From positions 1 through 64,000 of IMG/VR virus record IMGVR_UViG_3300029305_006210: DNA of 64,000 nucleotides, one strand, 5' to 3'. The position numbers and the translations under genes are program-made. The notes under the pieces were generated by a model. That model was not told the origin of the DNA. It did no database searches and saw nothing but the letters and a program-made list of their open reading frames with translations. The DNA comes from an uncultured virus (IMG/VR IMGVR_UViG_3300029305_006210). Taxonomy: Duplodnaviria > Heunggongvirae > Uroviricota > Caudoviricetes. Shown here one piece after another: positions 40,016 through 50,132 of the stretch (position 1 is its first letter; the number at the start of each line of letters is the position of its first letter).

Positions 40016-40264
40016 TGATCTTCCTATCTATATTCTAAAACAATAACCATTGAATTATATATGGATATAACCCTATGCTTCTCCATATAAGATTAAGCTT
40101 TTTATATCTAACTAAATAATTAATATCCAGAAAAGTAAATCAATAACAATACACATTATCTTACTTGTTTAATAATATATAACATAGTAACTTAATCATT
40201 AATAAACAATATCATCTCCTAGCTTATTCTTCATTTTTTTTAGTTGATATAGGGATAAGATTAG

Positions 40265-40777
40265 TTAAATATCAATTTCAAACGTCTCGGTCTGATTTAC
40301 ATAATCAATTCCCATCTGAAGTTTGATAATTCTTTGTACAATATCATCATAATCACTTTTAGGTAGTGAAACATCATAATTAGCACAAACATATTCTACT
40401 AAATTACTTGAATCACCATATCTATTTTGATGTCTTGATTGAGGCAATCGTTTTCTCATATTATCAAGGCGGTCTTTCTCCTTATTTAATTGCGCCATTT
40501 GTATTAGTGCCATATCTACAGTTATATCTGTATCAGGAAGTTTTGTAGTGCAATTAAAAAAGTTGATTGCATGTTTGATTTTATAAATTTTTTCATCAAT
40601 TTCCTGGATCTGTATTCTTGTTTTAACATAGTCATAATCTGGTTTCTCTTCTACATATCCAGCAACTTTGATATATGTTGATGCTTCATTTTCACATTTT
40701 AATATGTAATCTTTATCATCTTGTAATTTACGAACCATCTTATTAGCTGCTGCGGATGTGACTATTTCTTTTGCCAT
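40265..40777 (-). CDS. coiled-coil protein (DIP1984-like)
   Basis: AAANKMVRKL, IKHAINFFN..T and LQMGIDYVN..T.F motifs. Confidence 0.5.
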   Translation of the reverse strand: MAKEIVTSAAANKMVRKLQDDKDYILKCENEASTYIKVAGYVEEKPDYDYVKTRIQIQEIDEKIYKIKHAINFFNCTTKLPDTDITVDMALIQMAQLNKEKDRLDNMRKRLPQSRHQNRYGDSSNLVEYVCANYDVSLPKSDYDDIVQRIIKLQMGIDYVNQTETFEIDI

Positions 40778-40976
40778 TGTAGTTTCTCCTTCCCATTAAT
40801 GATCTTACAACTTTCTTTGCGTCTTTATCTCCGCTTGCAGCTTTGGCCCTCATAATATCACCAATACTAGCTGTGGAAATTTCATACGGTAATTGTGACT
40901 TTTTAATCTTTGTTTCTACTACATTCATTGTTTATATCACCCCTTTTATATTAATTTAACTATATTTTTGAAATCA

Positions 40977-40999
40977 AAAAGCTCCTTAACGGAGCTTTT
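40977..40999. terminator. intrinsic terminator
   Basis: AAAAGCTCC-ttaac-GGAGCTTTT. Confidence 0.65.
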
Positions 41000-41906
41000 A
41001 TAACGCTTTATACATTTTACGCAATTTATTTATTCTCATTGGTTCAATTATCATACTGTTATAACAATTAAAATACAATTCTTTCCAAGCAGTTGGAGTA
41101 AGTTTTTCATATGGGTAATGTAATTTAAAATCATATATTCTACCCATAAGATAAACATCATTAGTATTGAAAGCTAATTCTTTTTTCATCTTAGTTGAAA
41201 TCTTTTTAAGTATTTTAACTTTCATATAATGATCATTATAATCAAATCCATCATCTATATATCTATCACTCATTTTATTGCAAATTTGCTGCTTTTTTTT
41301 GTTACCTATATACGTTCTTTGAGTATATATTTTTGATAAAAGATCAATAAATTCTTTATGAATAGATATAATTTTATCTTCATTCATTATAGCCATATAA
41401 GATTTTGTTAATTTTATATTATCTAATTTGATCTGAAAAATCTCTTCTTGTGAAAAACCTTGAAATAGCAACATTAAGTATGCGGCTGATAATTCGTCAG
41501 TTGTAACTCCCATATCATTTTTCTGATTTAAATATTTATCTATCTGCATTTTCAAATCAGCAGGAGATGAAAATAAATATGTTTTACTATATCTTTCAAA
41601 AGTTTCTGCTATTAATTTTCTATCATTTTCAAAATATCTTACATCTTCATTGATTAGATTTTCTACCAATGCCCATCTCTTATATGTGTTTACTCTACCC
41701 ATTTTAGTCTTAAGAGAGTTTATACATGACACTGTAGTATTTTCCATTATATATTTAGCAATGATATCTAATGGCAAATTATATATATCCTCATCATGTT
41801 CTATTTCTAGGCTTTCCACTTGAGAAAATAGTGTGTGATAATTCTGTATTGCTGATTCTGATGATAAATTTTCTATAAATTGCTTTTTTACCACTTCATT
41901 ATACAT
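40998..41906 (-). CDS. recombinase-fold repressor-like protein (SPbeta YopR/MrpR-like)
   Basis: MYNE..K.QF start, E...D.DIYN, Y.RW and LLFQG motifs; lacks the R-H-R-Y catalytic set. Confidence 0.55.
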   Translation of the reverse strand: MYNEVVKKQFIENLSSESAIQNYHTLFSQVESLEIEHDEDIYNLPLDIIAKYIMENTTVSCINSLKTKMGRVNTYKRWALVENLINEDVRYFENDRKLIAETFERYSKTYLFSSPADLKMQIDKYLNQKNDMGVTTDELSAAYLMLLFQGFSQEEIFQIKLDNIKLTKSYMAIMNEDKIISIHKEFIDLLSKIYTQRTYIGNKKKQQICNKMSDRYIDDGFDYNDHYMKVKILKKISTKMKKELAFNTNDVYLMGRIYDFKLHYPYEKLTPTAWKELYFNCYNSMIIEPMRINKLRKMYKAL

Positions 41907-41945
41907 GTTTTCACCGCTTTCTTTACACATTACTAATCATATTAA

Positions 41946-41974
41946 ATTTTATATGTACAAAAAGCAGTTGTCAA
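41946..41974 (-). promoter_or_regulatory. sigmaA promoter for the MrpR-like gene
   Basis: TTGACA-17 bp-TAAAAT on the minus strand. Confidence 0.7.
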
Positions 41975-41979
41975 ACAAT

Positions 41980-42387
41980 TTATGAAACGGCTATTTTTTC
42001 GTGTATATCAGTTAAGCATTCTATACTTATAAACTGAATCATCGGTGAATTAATTATAGATGCTATTGAAATCTTTTCCATATATGCATGAGGCATAATT
42101 CCAATAAATCCTAAAATATCTGATTTAGATACTGGTCTAGCGCCTTCGCATTGAGCGATACTATCTTTTGATAAACCCGCTACGTTTGCAGGAATTTCTA
42201 CATGTGTAGGTAATTTAGCCTTTTTCTTTCTACTAGTTAATGGAACCACCTGAATTGTAGGGCTAAATCTATTCCCTTTATTATTTTGAATAATAACAGC
42301 CGGTCTTACACCATTTTGAATATGATCGCCATCACTGTACAAACGAACCCATATTACATCTCCAATCTTCAAATAATCTTTTTTCAT
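41980..42387 (-). CDS. PemK/MazF-family endoribonuclease
   Basis: GDVIWV, Q.GVRPAVIIQN..GNRFSPT..VVPLTS, LPTHV, GL.KDS motifs. Confidence 0.9.
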   Translation of the reverse strand: MKKDYLKIGDVIWVRLYSDGDHIQNGVRPAVIIQNNKGNRFSPTIQVVPLTSRKKKAKLPTHVEIPANVAGLSKDSIAQCEGARPVSKSDILGFIGIMPHAYMEKISIASIINSPMIQFISIECLTDIHEKIAVS

Positions 42388-42493
42388 CTTACAATCCCCT
42401 TTAATTATTAATTTAAAATTGATAATATCTTCCCTTTATTGATACTATTATAACATACAAAAGCTTAAAAAAAGAGGAAAAGTCTAAATTTTT

Positions 42494-42808
42494 TTATTTT
42501 TTTTTACAAACAAATATCTTATTTTTTGTGCCAGTAAACAAAGTTAGCTTATCTCTAGAATATTTTAATGGAGTTATATTATAATCTAAAGATGGATTTA
42601 TCATACAAACTGCACTTCCAGGATCATCTTTATTGCTTAATATAATAAAATTCGTAATTGGATCAATTTCAATCTTATCATAATTATAATTAACAAAAAA
42701 CAGTAATTCCCCTTTTTCATTACGTTTTTCTTCGCAATATGTTAGCATACTATATTTACTCAAATCATTAAGCAATTTACTTTTCATAACATCCTCCAAA
42801 GTATGCAT
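42494..42808 (-). CDS. hypothetical protein, probably SOS-induced
   Basis: ORF directly downstream of a LexA-box promoter. Confidence 0.5.
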   Translation of the reverse strand: MHTLEDVMKSKLLNDLSKYSMLTYCEEKRNEKGELLFFVNYNYDKIEIDPITNFIILSNKDDPGSAVCMINPSLDYNITPLKYSRDKLTLFTGTKNKIFVCKKK

Positions 42809-42856
42809 TGTTTTAACATATCCTTAATACGCTTGAACATAAGGGGTCTTGATAAA

Positions 42857-42885
42857 ATTATAGTACGAACATTTGTTCTTGTCAA
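42857..42885 (-). promoter_or_regulatory. consensus sigmaA promoter with a Gram-positive LexA (Cheo) box in its spacer
   Basis: TTGACA-17 bp-TATAAT; GAAC-ATTT-GTTC at 42867-42878. Confidence 0.85.
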
Positions 42886-44269
42886 TTGGTAATATATTCC
42901 TCTTATGATAACGCTTTTGCTATGTACTCTTTTTGCCACATTTCTAATTCACTATAAGATTTAAAATCGGGAATAGATGGATTGCTTATTCCAAAATCTT
43001 TTAATATTAATAATGCAACTTCTATATCTTCTTCTGTTGGTAAAGAAGACCTTGTTGCTTCTTTGATAAAGAAGTCTGATTCTTTATCAAACTTATTTAA
43101 TCTTCTATAAGCTGTATTCTTATTTGCTTTATTTATTTTTTTACAAGTATCACTACAATAAAACTCATTGCCATATTTTAATATATAGTTTCTACCACAT
43201 ATGGAACATTGTCTTACACACTCCCTCATAATCTAATCCCCCTTATCATACTTCTTTAACATTTCATTTGTTAAATTCACATGATGATTTCCATTATTTA
43301 AATATGAAAGCTTAATATACTCTGTAGTAATTTCATATATTTGTTTTTTAGTTAATTCTTCATAATGATTTTTTAAGTAAGGCAGAAGCGACTCCCGCCT
43401 TACTTGTTTAGGATCTACTTTGAACATTGTACTATTTTAACTTTGCCGCAGCCTCATAATACTTATCGGCAACTTCTCGTTCTCCTCTCATTGCCCAATA
43501 TTCTGCATTATCAAGATACTCCTGTTTTTGCCTCTTCTTTTCTGGTATTTGTATCACCGCACAATATATTGCTATTCCTATAAGTACTATCCCGGTAATC
43601 AAATCTGTCATACTATCCACCAATTCCTTTCTGTTGTTTTGTATTCATCTTTTATATACTTTCCCAAATCAAAGCCTCTACAATTACTTGGAACCTCATA
43701 TTTATATTTAGTTTCAGATTCCATTAGATATTTTGCAATAGCGGCTTCAGCCACTTGTCTAGCACAGAAATCATTCATTTTAGGATAATCAGCTTTTATA
43801 GCATCCATTACTAACCTTGGATTATATGCTGCATAAAGTTTTCCTCTGTTGTAGTCATATCGACTTTGAACCGTATATGAATACCCATTCTCCTGACTCT
43901 CTCTCGCCTGCTTATCCCAATCACTTTGCTGCTTGAATGCCATGCCAGTGCTTGTCCCAATTGCAGCAAGCCCTGTTAAAAATAAGATTGGTGCTAACAA
44001 ATTAATCCTCTCCTTTCGCAGCCTCCAAATAATCTACTGCTTCTTCAATTGCCACTTTACTACTTTCCAAATCGTCAATAGCTTCTTCGGCAGCATCATA
44101 TTTTTCAGAGCTCTGAAGATTTTCTGGCATATTATCCAGATATTCTTGTTCATCATCTTGAATTGTTCCAATTCGAGATACTAAATCATTTAAAACATTA
44201 ATAACTTCATGAATCTCTAATCTTCTTTTTTTGTTCAATAAACATCACGCTCCTTTATTTTATATGTTT

Positions 44270-44359
44270 ACTATAACCTTAAGATAGTAGCACCCAGATA
44301 CTAATCGAAGGAGGTAATAAAAAATCAGCATCTAAATGCTACTTTCTTAATCTTACAGT
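44270..44359 (-). ncRNA. long hairpin RNA with an anti-Shine-Dalgarno loop
   Basis: 37-position stem with 3 mismatches and 7 G-U pairs that work only on the minus strand; loop UUUUAUUACCUCCUUC. Confidence 0.65.
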
Positions 44360-44374
44360 TGTGTATATTTTATT

Positions 44375-44713
44375 TTAACTTTTACTTGGTTCCGGCAATG
44401 GTTGCCAAGCAACCACCTTATTTTCTCTAGTGCAATTTCTATCTAATGTATTTGTTACAAATCTTCCACCATTACAATCTAACATTGTAGCAAGTACATT
44501 TGACATCGGTTTCCCATCTATATACGGTTCCTGCTGACTTACTGGAATCCAACCATCAGCATTTTCAAACGCTTCATTCCAACATTTAATACATAAATAA
44601 TTACATCGATTTTCATTTAACCCTAAATGATGTGGACACATTTTATTCGCCACTAATGTGGCACTGAGTAAATGCACCATATCTTTTGTGGGAGGATTTA
44701 AAACTATTCTCAT
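44375..44713 (-). CDS. DUF551-like phage protein
   Basis: WIPVS..P and VVAWQPLPEP motifs. Confidence 0.6.
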   Translation of the reverse strand: MRIVLNPPTKDMVHLLSATLVANKMCPHHLGLNENRCNYLCIKCWNEAFENADGWIPVSQQEPYIDGKPMSNVLATMLDCNGGRFVTNTLDRNCTRENKVVAWQPLPEPSKS

Positions 44714-45850
44714 AATGTATTCCCCTCCTTATATAACTCAGGAAATTTCGGTATTTCTATCCAAGTTATAACTTCGCCGTCTTCCGTATAAGTTAATATA
44801 CTTCTAGTATTGTTGGGTAATTCATTGCCACATAATTTCCACTTCGGTTTCATATTATCTCCAACCTTTCTGTTTCATCTTCTTAATACACAGTTTTGCT
44901 TCATATGGTGTTATCCCTACCATGTAGCTAAAACCATCCTTTGTACATCCTTGCTGATATGATTGAATAATATGATTTCCATTTGCCTTATGACATAATG
45001 AAATTACATGAATATATCCATGTTTATTTATTTCTTTTTCATATTCAACTATGTATTTGTTATCTTCGGTTTTTATAAAACCTAAGTCTTTAAATTTTTC
45101 ATCTATCGTTTTAAACAATTTCATTGTTATGCTCCTTTTAACTCCTCTAACCTTGCCTCTGCTTCTTCTTTGGTTAGGAACCAAACATAACTACCAAAAG
45201 CATGTAAATGTTGTAAAATCCAATCTATAGAAGGTATAGTAAATTCAAATATTGTTCTTTCGAGATCACATTCATCTTCACAACCACAACAACTGTATGA
45301 ATCAGGATGATCTTCTCCATTGTGGCATGGTTTATACCACAGTTTATACACCGTATCTCCCACCTTGCACGGCAGTTCTATCAACCTGCCTTGTTCTTCA
45401 AGGTCTTCGTAGTGGGCGAGTTTATCAGCAATATTAAACCATAAAGTATGTGGATGAAATATATATTCTCCATCAACTACAATATCTCCATTTGACTTTC
45501 TTTCTGTTAATCTACTCATTCCGCCACCTCACTAATACCAGTCATCTCGACTTATGCTGTTCTGTGAAATCAAAGTTCTTCTGATTGCCTTTTGCTGTTT
45601 CTCACTTAATGTTTCAAAGTCAAGGTAAAAATCATCACACCCATTTTTCGGATGACAACTTTCACAATCCCAACTGTTTCTATATTTGCAATATTTGCAT
45701 ATACTCATTCCGCACCGCCTTTCAAAGCATCAGCTATCGTAAACAATATGCATTGTTCTTTTTCTCTGTCCCACCATGCACACGAAACGGATTTACATAT
45801 TGGAATAGGTCGACCATATTGAAAAGGGCAAAGATTAGTTTTATCAAATT

Positions 45851-46171
45851 TCATGCTTCACCGCCTTTCACGATCTCGATAGCATCATTTATCTGAACAA
45901 AGCTACTTACTCTTTTTACACCAGAGTTCATCATGACCTCTCCTGATTTTGCCGCATCCACCAACCGCTTCTCGATCTCGTTCATCGGCTTTCGTGTGTT
46001 CCATGCTTCGATGGCTTTTAATTTTGCATCTTCCATAGTTGCTGAACTAAATTCAAGCGTTCTTACACCGCACGTTTTACATCTTACATAGGCTTCGTGT
46101 TTAAAGAATGCAATTTTATGTAGTGCCGCTTCCCCACCGCAGAACGGACACGGCTTTAACCTATTACTCAT
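45851..46171 (-). CDS. Lar-family restriction alleviation-like protein
   Basis: LKPCPFCGG, C..CG and AIEAWN.R motifs. Confidence 0.7.
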   Translation of the reverse strand: MSNRLKPCPFCGGEAALHKIAFFKHEAYVRCKTCGVRTLEFSSATMEDAKLKAIEAWNTRKPMNEIEKRLVDAAKSGEVMMNSGVKRVSSFVQINDAIEIVKGGEA

Positions 46172-46444
46172 GCTACGCGCCTCCTTTTACAATCCTGATG
46201 GCATCATACAAAGACAAACTACAGTATGATGAATATTCGCCCTTGTCCATAGCAAACTGTGTTTCCGTTATACCTAATGTTTTTATTGACTCTTGTGTTA
46301 ACCGCTCCACAACACCGTCCACATCATAGCTTGTTGGCTCATCTTTTATGTTTTGAATAAGCACATCTATAGGTATTACTAAACCCTTTTCTTCTAAGCC
46401 ATCATATAATGACAACAAAGATTTTCTGCTAATTAAATCGTTAT

Positions 46445-46984
46445 TCATTTTGTACCTTTTAACCTTTTTAAAACATCATTAAAAATATTAATATAACCCT
46501 CAATGCACCCATCTTGATATTCAAATTCAATATCATTTTCCTCAAGCATTGATACAATTTGTTCTGTAATTATTGCACTTTCTTCTTCAGTTTGATTACG
46601 ACCAATTGGGTTATATGGTTTAACACGATTTAAAACATAATTAAAATTTTCATATGAATTGAAAACATTTAATATCGTTTGATTAAAAATATCTCCAAGA
46701 ATTGGACTACTATTATAAATAGAACTTAATAAAAGTGGTGAATCAGTGATAATTACATCTACTTGATCTGCACAGCGACTCATTTTATAATATTGCTTGC
46801 CAAATATATAAGCTTGATTGTTTAAGGCAGTGAAATTAGATTCCCATGTTTTATCTTTAGCAAATTCTGTAACAAGCTCAGCATTTATCCCATGCATTTT
46901 AAGCATTGAAAATATGTAAGCTGCACCGGTAGATTTGCCAGTTCCTGGACCACCAAAAAGATTTACTACTATCACTTTGTTCAT
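46445..46984 (-). CDS. AAA_28 / NadR-kinase-like P-loop protein
   Basis: GGPGTGKST, EFAK, ITDSPL and GRNQ motifs; no nucleotidyltransferase domain. Confidence 0.7.
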   Translation of the reverse strand: MNKVIVVNLFGGPGTGKSTGAAYIFSMLKMHGINAELVTEFAKDKTWESNFTALNNQAYIFGKQYYKMSRCADQVDVIITDSPLLLSSIYNSSPILGDIFNQTILNVFNSYENFNYVLNRVKPYNPIGRNQTEEESAIITEQIVSMLEENDIEFEYQDGCIEGYINIFNDVLKRLKGTK

Positions 46985-47347
46985 TAATAATCACCTCTCA
47001 CAATATCGATAGCTAGCTTTAATGCATTATTCCATACAACATCTGCAGGAAGACCATCATTACTTTTGCATTTTTCTAACCGTTCTGTAACTTTGTCTAT
47101 GTATTCATTTATTTCATCGGCACAAGCATTCCAGCCTTTTGCATATAATTCTTTATCAATAGATTGACGACTTTTATATTCGATTTTTTTAATTAATGAC
47201 ATAAATTGCCTCCAATATTTCATACTTTAAAAGTGCAATTGCCATTGTTATGATAACATCACACACTTTGTCAATTATTATTGTTATTAACGTCATAAAT
47301 TTCTCCAATAAAAAAAGCCTATCGGCTCCATCAAAGTATTATTTTAT

Positions 47348-47881
47348 TTAATCCCAAAGGTCAAAAAACCTTTCATTTAACATGACGAATGCCGCATCTT
47401 TGGCTTTTTCTTGATATACATTAAACATTTTTGAATGTTCTATATAACTATCCCAAGCTGCTACAGTTCTTTCATCGTCTATGCCATATTCTTCTCTTAA
47501 ATTTATCCAATTCTCACGAAGTTTATCATTTTCTTCATCAGAATCTAATGTAATATATCCAAATAATTTAGCTGTACTTTCAAGATAATCATGCCATTCT
47601 TTTACTGCAGCTTCTTCATCATCAGGATGTTGTTGTTGAAAATATATAGGATAACCTTGACCATTATTTTTTAAGAAAATTAATAAATTAGATATATGTT
47701 CAGATAGATAATAATGTAGATTCCATACATCAAGTGGTGTAAAACCATATTTGCCACGTCGGTACAAAGCTTTACCCATATGAACAAATCGCTTTATATG
47801 ACCTGGAATGTTCCACCATTTAACTCGTTTATATCTGCTTAAATCAAAAACAGAATTATTTAATTTTATATCCTTATACAC
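47348..47881 (-). CDS. conserved phage hypothetical protein
   Basis: D.WNL, GYP and terminal FFDLWD motifs. Confidence 0.55.
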   Translation of the reverse strand: MYKDIKLNNSVFDLSRYKRVKWWNIPGHIKRFVHMGKALYRRGKYGFTPLDVWNLHYYLSEHISNLLIFLKNNGQGYPIYFQQQHPDDEEAAVKEWHDYLESTAKLFGYITLDSDEENDKLRENWINLREEYGIDDERTVAAWDSYIEHSKMFNVYQEKAKDAAFVMLNERFFDLWD

Positions 47882-47883
47882 AT

Positions 47884-48126
47884 CTACCCCTCCAAGAAAT
47901 CTAAAAGAACACTTTCATCAATTTGTACATCGTCAATCAAGGCATATGTAATTATTCGATAGCTGTTAGTCGGATGGCTATTTTTAAGGATCACCATCCT
48001 TTCTCTTGCCTTGTCAATGCTTTTATAAGCACCATTCTTTGCAGAGAAAATTATATTTCCAGTATCTTCATTTAATATTGCATATAACTCTTTACAATTA
48101 TTTATATTTCGCAATACATGTCCCAT
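47884..48126 (-). CDS. small protein with C-terminal tag (outlier of the array)
   Basis: Ends QIDESVLLDFLEG. Confidence 0.6.
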   Translation of the reverse strand: MGHVLRNINNCKELYAILNEDTGNIIFSAKNGAYKSIDKARERMVILKNSHPTNSYRIITYALIDDVQIDESVLLDFLEG

Positions 48127-48128
48127 AA

Positions 48129-48614
48129 TTAAACCTCCATTTGCAGAATACGTTTAGCGGTTTTAATGTGCTTTTCCTCCAAACCTTTTCTTTCAGATGT
48201 TTGAAGTAAATGTGATGAACATGGGCGAATCCATTTTCCATCTATATCATCTATAACTACATATCCATCAACTTCCTCATGATCATCAAGATACGCTTTA
48301 ATTTCATCTCCTCGACGCCTCATAAATCTATCAAATATTGGAGTCTTTCCATATAACTCAATACCGAATTCTCCTAATTTATTACGAAGCTCAATAAAAT
48401 CTTTAGCAAATTCAGTTTTCTTCATACCAACATCAAGATGTTTCCAACCCATTCGCCAAGTTGAAGAAAGAACCACTTTTGCATCGGTTTGGTCAATAAG
48501 TTGTTTGAGAATTTTTATATTTTTTTCTTCAACAAATATTGATCCAGTAGATGTCAATTCTTTTGTATAATAAGTATTAAGAACGCCATCGATATCAAGA
48601 AAAATTATCTTCAT
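48129..48614 (-). CDS. HAD-family phosphatase (RNA-repair-type HAD)
   Basis: FLDIDGVLN, LSSTWR, RGDEI and VIDD motifs. Confidence 0.85.
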   Translation of the reverse strand: MKIIFLDIDGVLNTYYTKELTSTGSIFVEEKNIKILKQLIDQTDAKVVLSSTWRMGWKHLDVGMKKTEFAKDFIELRNKLGEFGIELYGKTPIFDRFMRRRGDEIKAYLDDHEEVDGYVVIDDIDGKWIRPCSSHLLQTSERKGLEEKHIKTAKRILQMEV

Positions 48615-49135
48615 AATTTAATCCTTTAATAAACTCTACTAATTTTTTATCAAAATTATCCTTATCAATAGTTGCAAGATTATCATTGTCAATATCTGAT
48701 TCAGGTAATCCCCATGCCATGTCTGTAAAAAATATATTCCAATCATCACTATTTACAGACGTTAACATATACCATAAATGAACTCCTGGGCGTAACGTAT
48801 AAGTTTCTGCCGTTTCACTAGGCTTATACATATCATCCATTAAACAACGATAAAAAGTTAATTCAAATTCCGAAAGAGTCAAAGCATATCGTTTGTAGTA
48901 ACCTTTATAATTTTCTTCAACTAATACTGCTTTCATATAACCACCTTTTTACCGCACGAATCTATATCAAACCAACAAGCATCACAATTATAATTACATT
49001 CAAAATCAACACATTCATCTTCAATAAATATCATTTCCTGTTCAGCTCGTTTGCCAAGCCAATTATCCATGGCATCGCCTAACTCATTTGTAATATCAAT
49101 ATAATCAAAATCTATATTATCCATATCACACCTTT

Positions 49136-49636
49136 TTATCTAGGTATTGATTCACACACAATAGGTTCACATACCATTGCGCATAATTCACAGGCAGCTT
49201 TTACCGCCTCTCTTGCTGATGCTCCCATATGTAATGCTCCACTTGCATAATCTTCTCCTGCACCAATTGCATAATAATCTTCAATTGGGAAAACTAACAT
49301 ACCCTCTATTGCAAAAGCTTTACCTTTATATGCGATTATATATGGATTCTTAAAACTGTTGTCACCGGTTAAATCATTCTTCCATCTTCTAAATTCAAGA
49401 ATATAATCTAACACGTTTTTTTCATCCATTTCTTCTATTGTATGTGTCTTCATATAATGAAAGAGTAAACTACTTTCTTCTGCGACTCCGCAACCTCCGA
49501 TAATCATATCGTTGTGTTTCATCATTTTAACAACTTTATTTTGTGCGTTATTAAGTTTAGTCCAACCCTGAACAACAATAGAATCAGAAGCCATTTCAAT
49601 TGTATTTTTATTTATTTTACAAACTACTACACTCAT
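49136..49636 (-). CDS. HslV / proteasome-beta-like Ntn hydrolase
   Basis: N-terminal (M)SVVV, ASDS, K, and AIGAG..YA.GAL..GAS..EAV.AA motifs. Confidence 0.7.
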   Translation of the reverse strand: MSVVVCKINKNTIEMASDSIVVQGWTKLNNAQNKVVKMMKHNDMIIGGCGVAEESSLLFHYMKTHTIEEMDEKNVLDYILEFRRWKNDLTGDNSFKNPYIIAYKGKAFAIEGMLVFPIEDYYAIGAGEDYASGALHMGASAREAVKAACELCAMVCEPIVCESIPR

Positions 49637-50132
49637 ATTTTTACCCCTTTTATTTATTATTTAGATATCCTAATAAATCAGGAAACATATTAGCTAATTC
49701 TTCTTTTGTAAATAACTTATCCTTTTCAATTCCATTATAAAGCCACCAACTAATATCGCTCCAAGCCATTTCACCAAGAGGAACTTTCTTATCTTCTTCC
49801 TGCATTCTAGTGAAAAAGTCAATATATTCTTGTCTTTCATCTTTCATATAATAGACCTCTATTCTATAAGATTCTTATTAATGCAACTTATATCCATAAC
49901 TTTCTTCCATTTCTGCTTCTTTGATAGATAACCAATTAGGCTTAAGTGTCCAAACGATATACTGACTCATTTCCCATATAATATTTAAATTAATACCAAG
50001 TATTTCTGACATATACTTATTGTATTCTTGACTTGAAAAATGATCAAAATCTTTTTCCTCTTCGATATAAATAATGGCATTTTCGATCAAATGTTCTGCA
50101 TTTGTCATATTACGCCTCCTATTTCGTATAAT

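Noticed and set aside
46445..46984. NadR as the missing NMN adenylyltransferase
   Set aside because: Only a P-loop kinase-like domain is present; no HxGH nucleotidyltransferase motif
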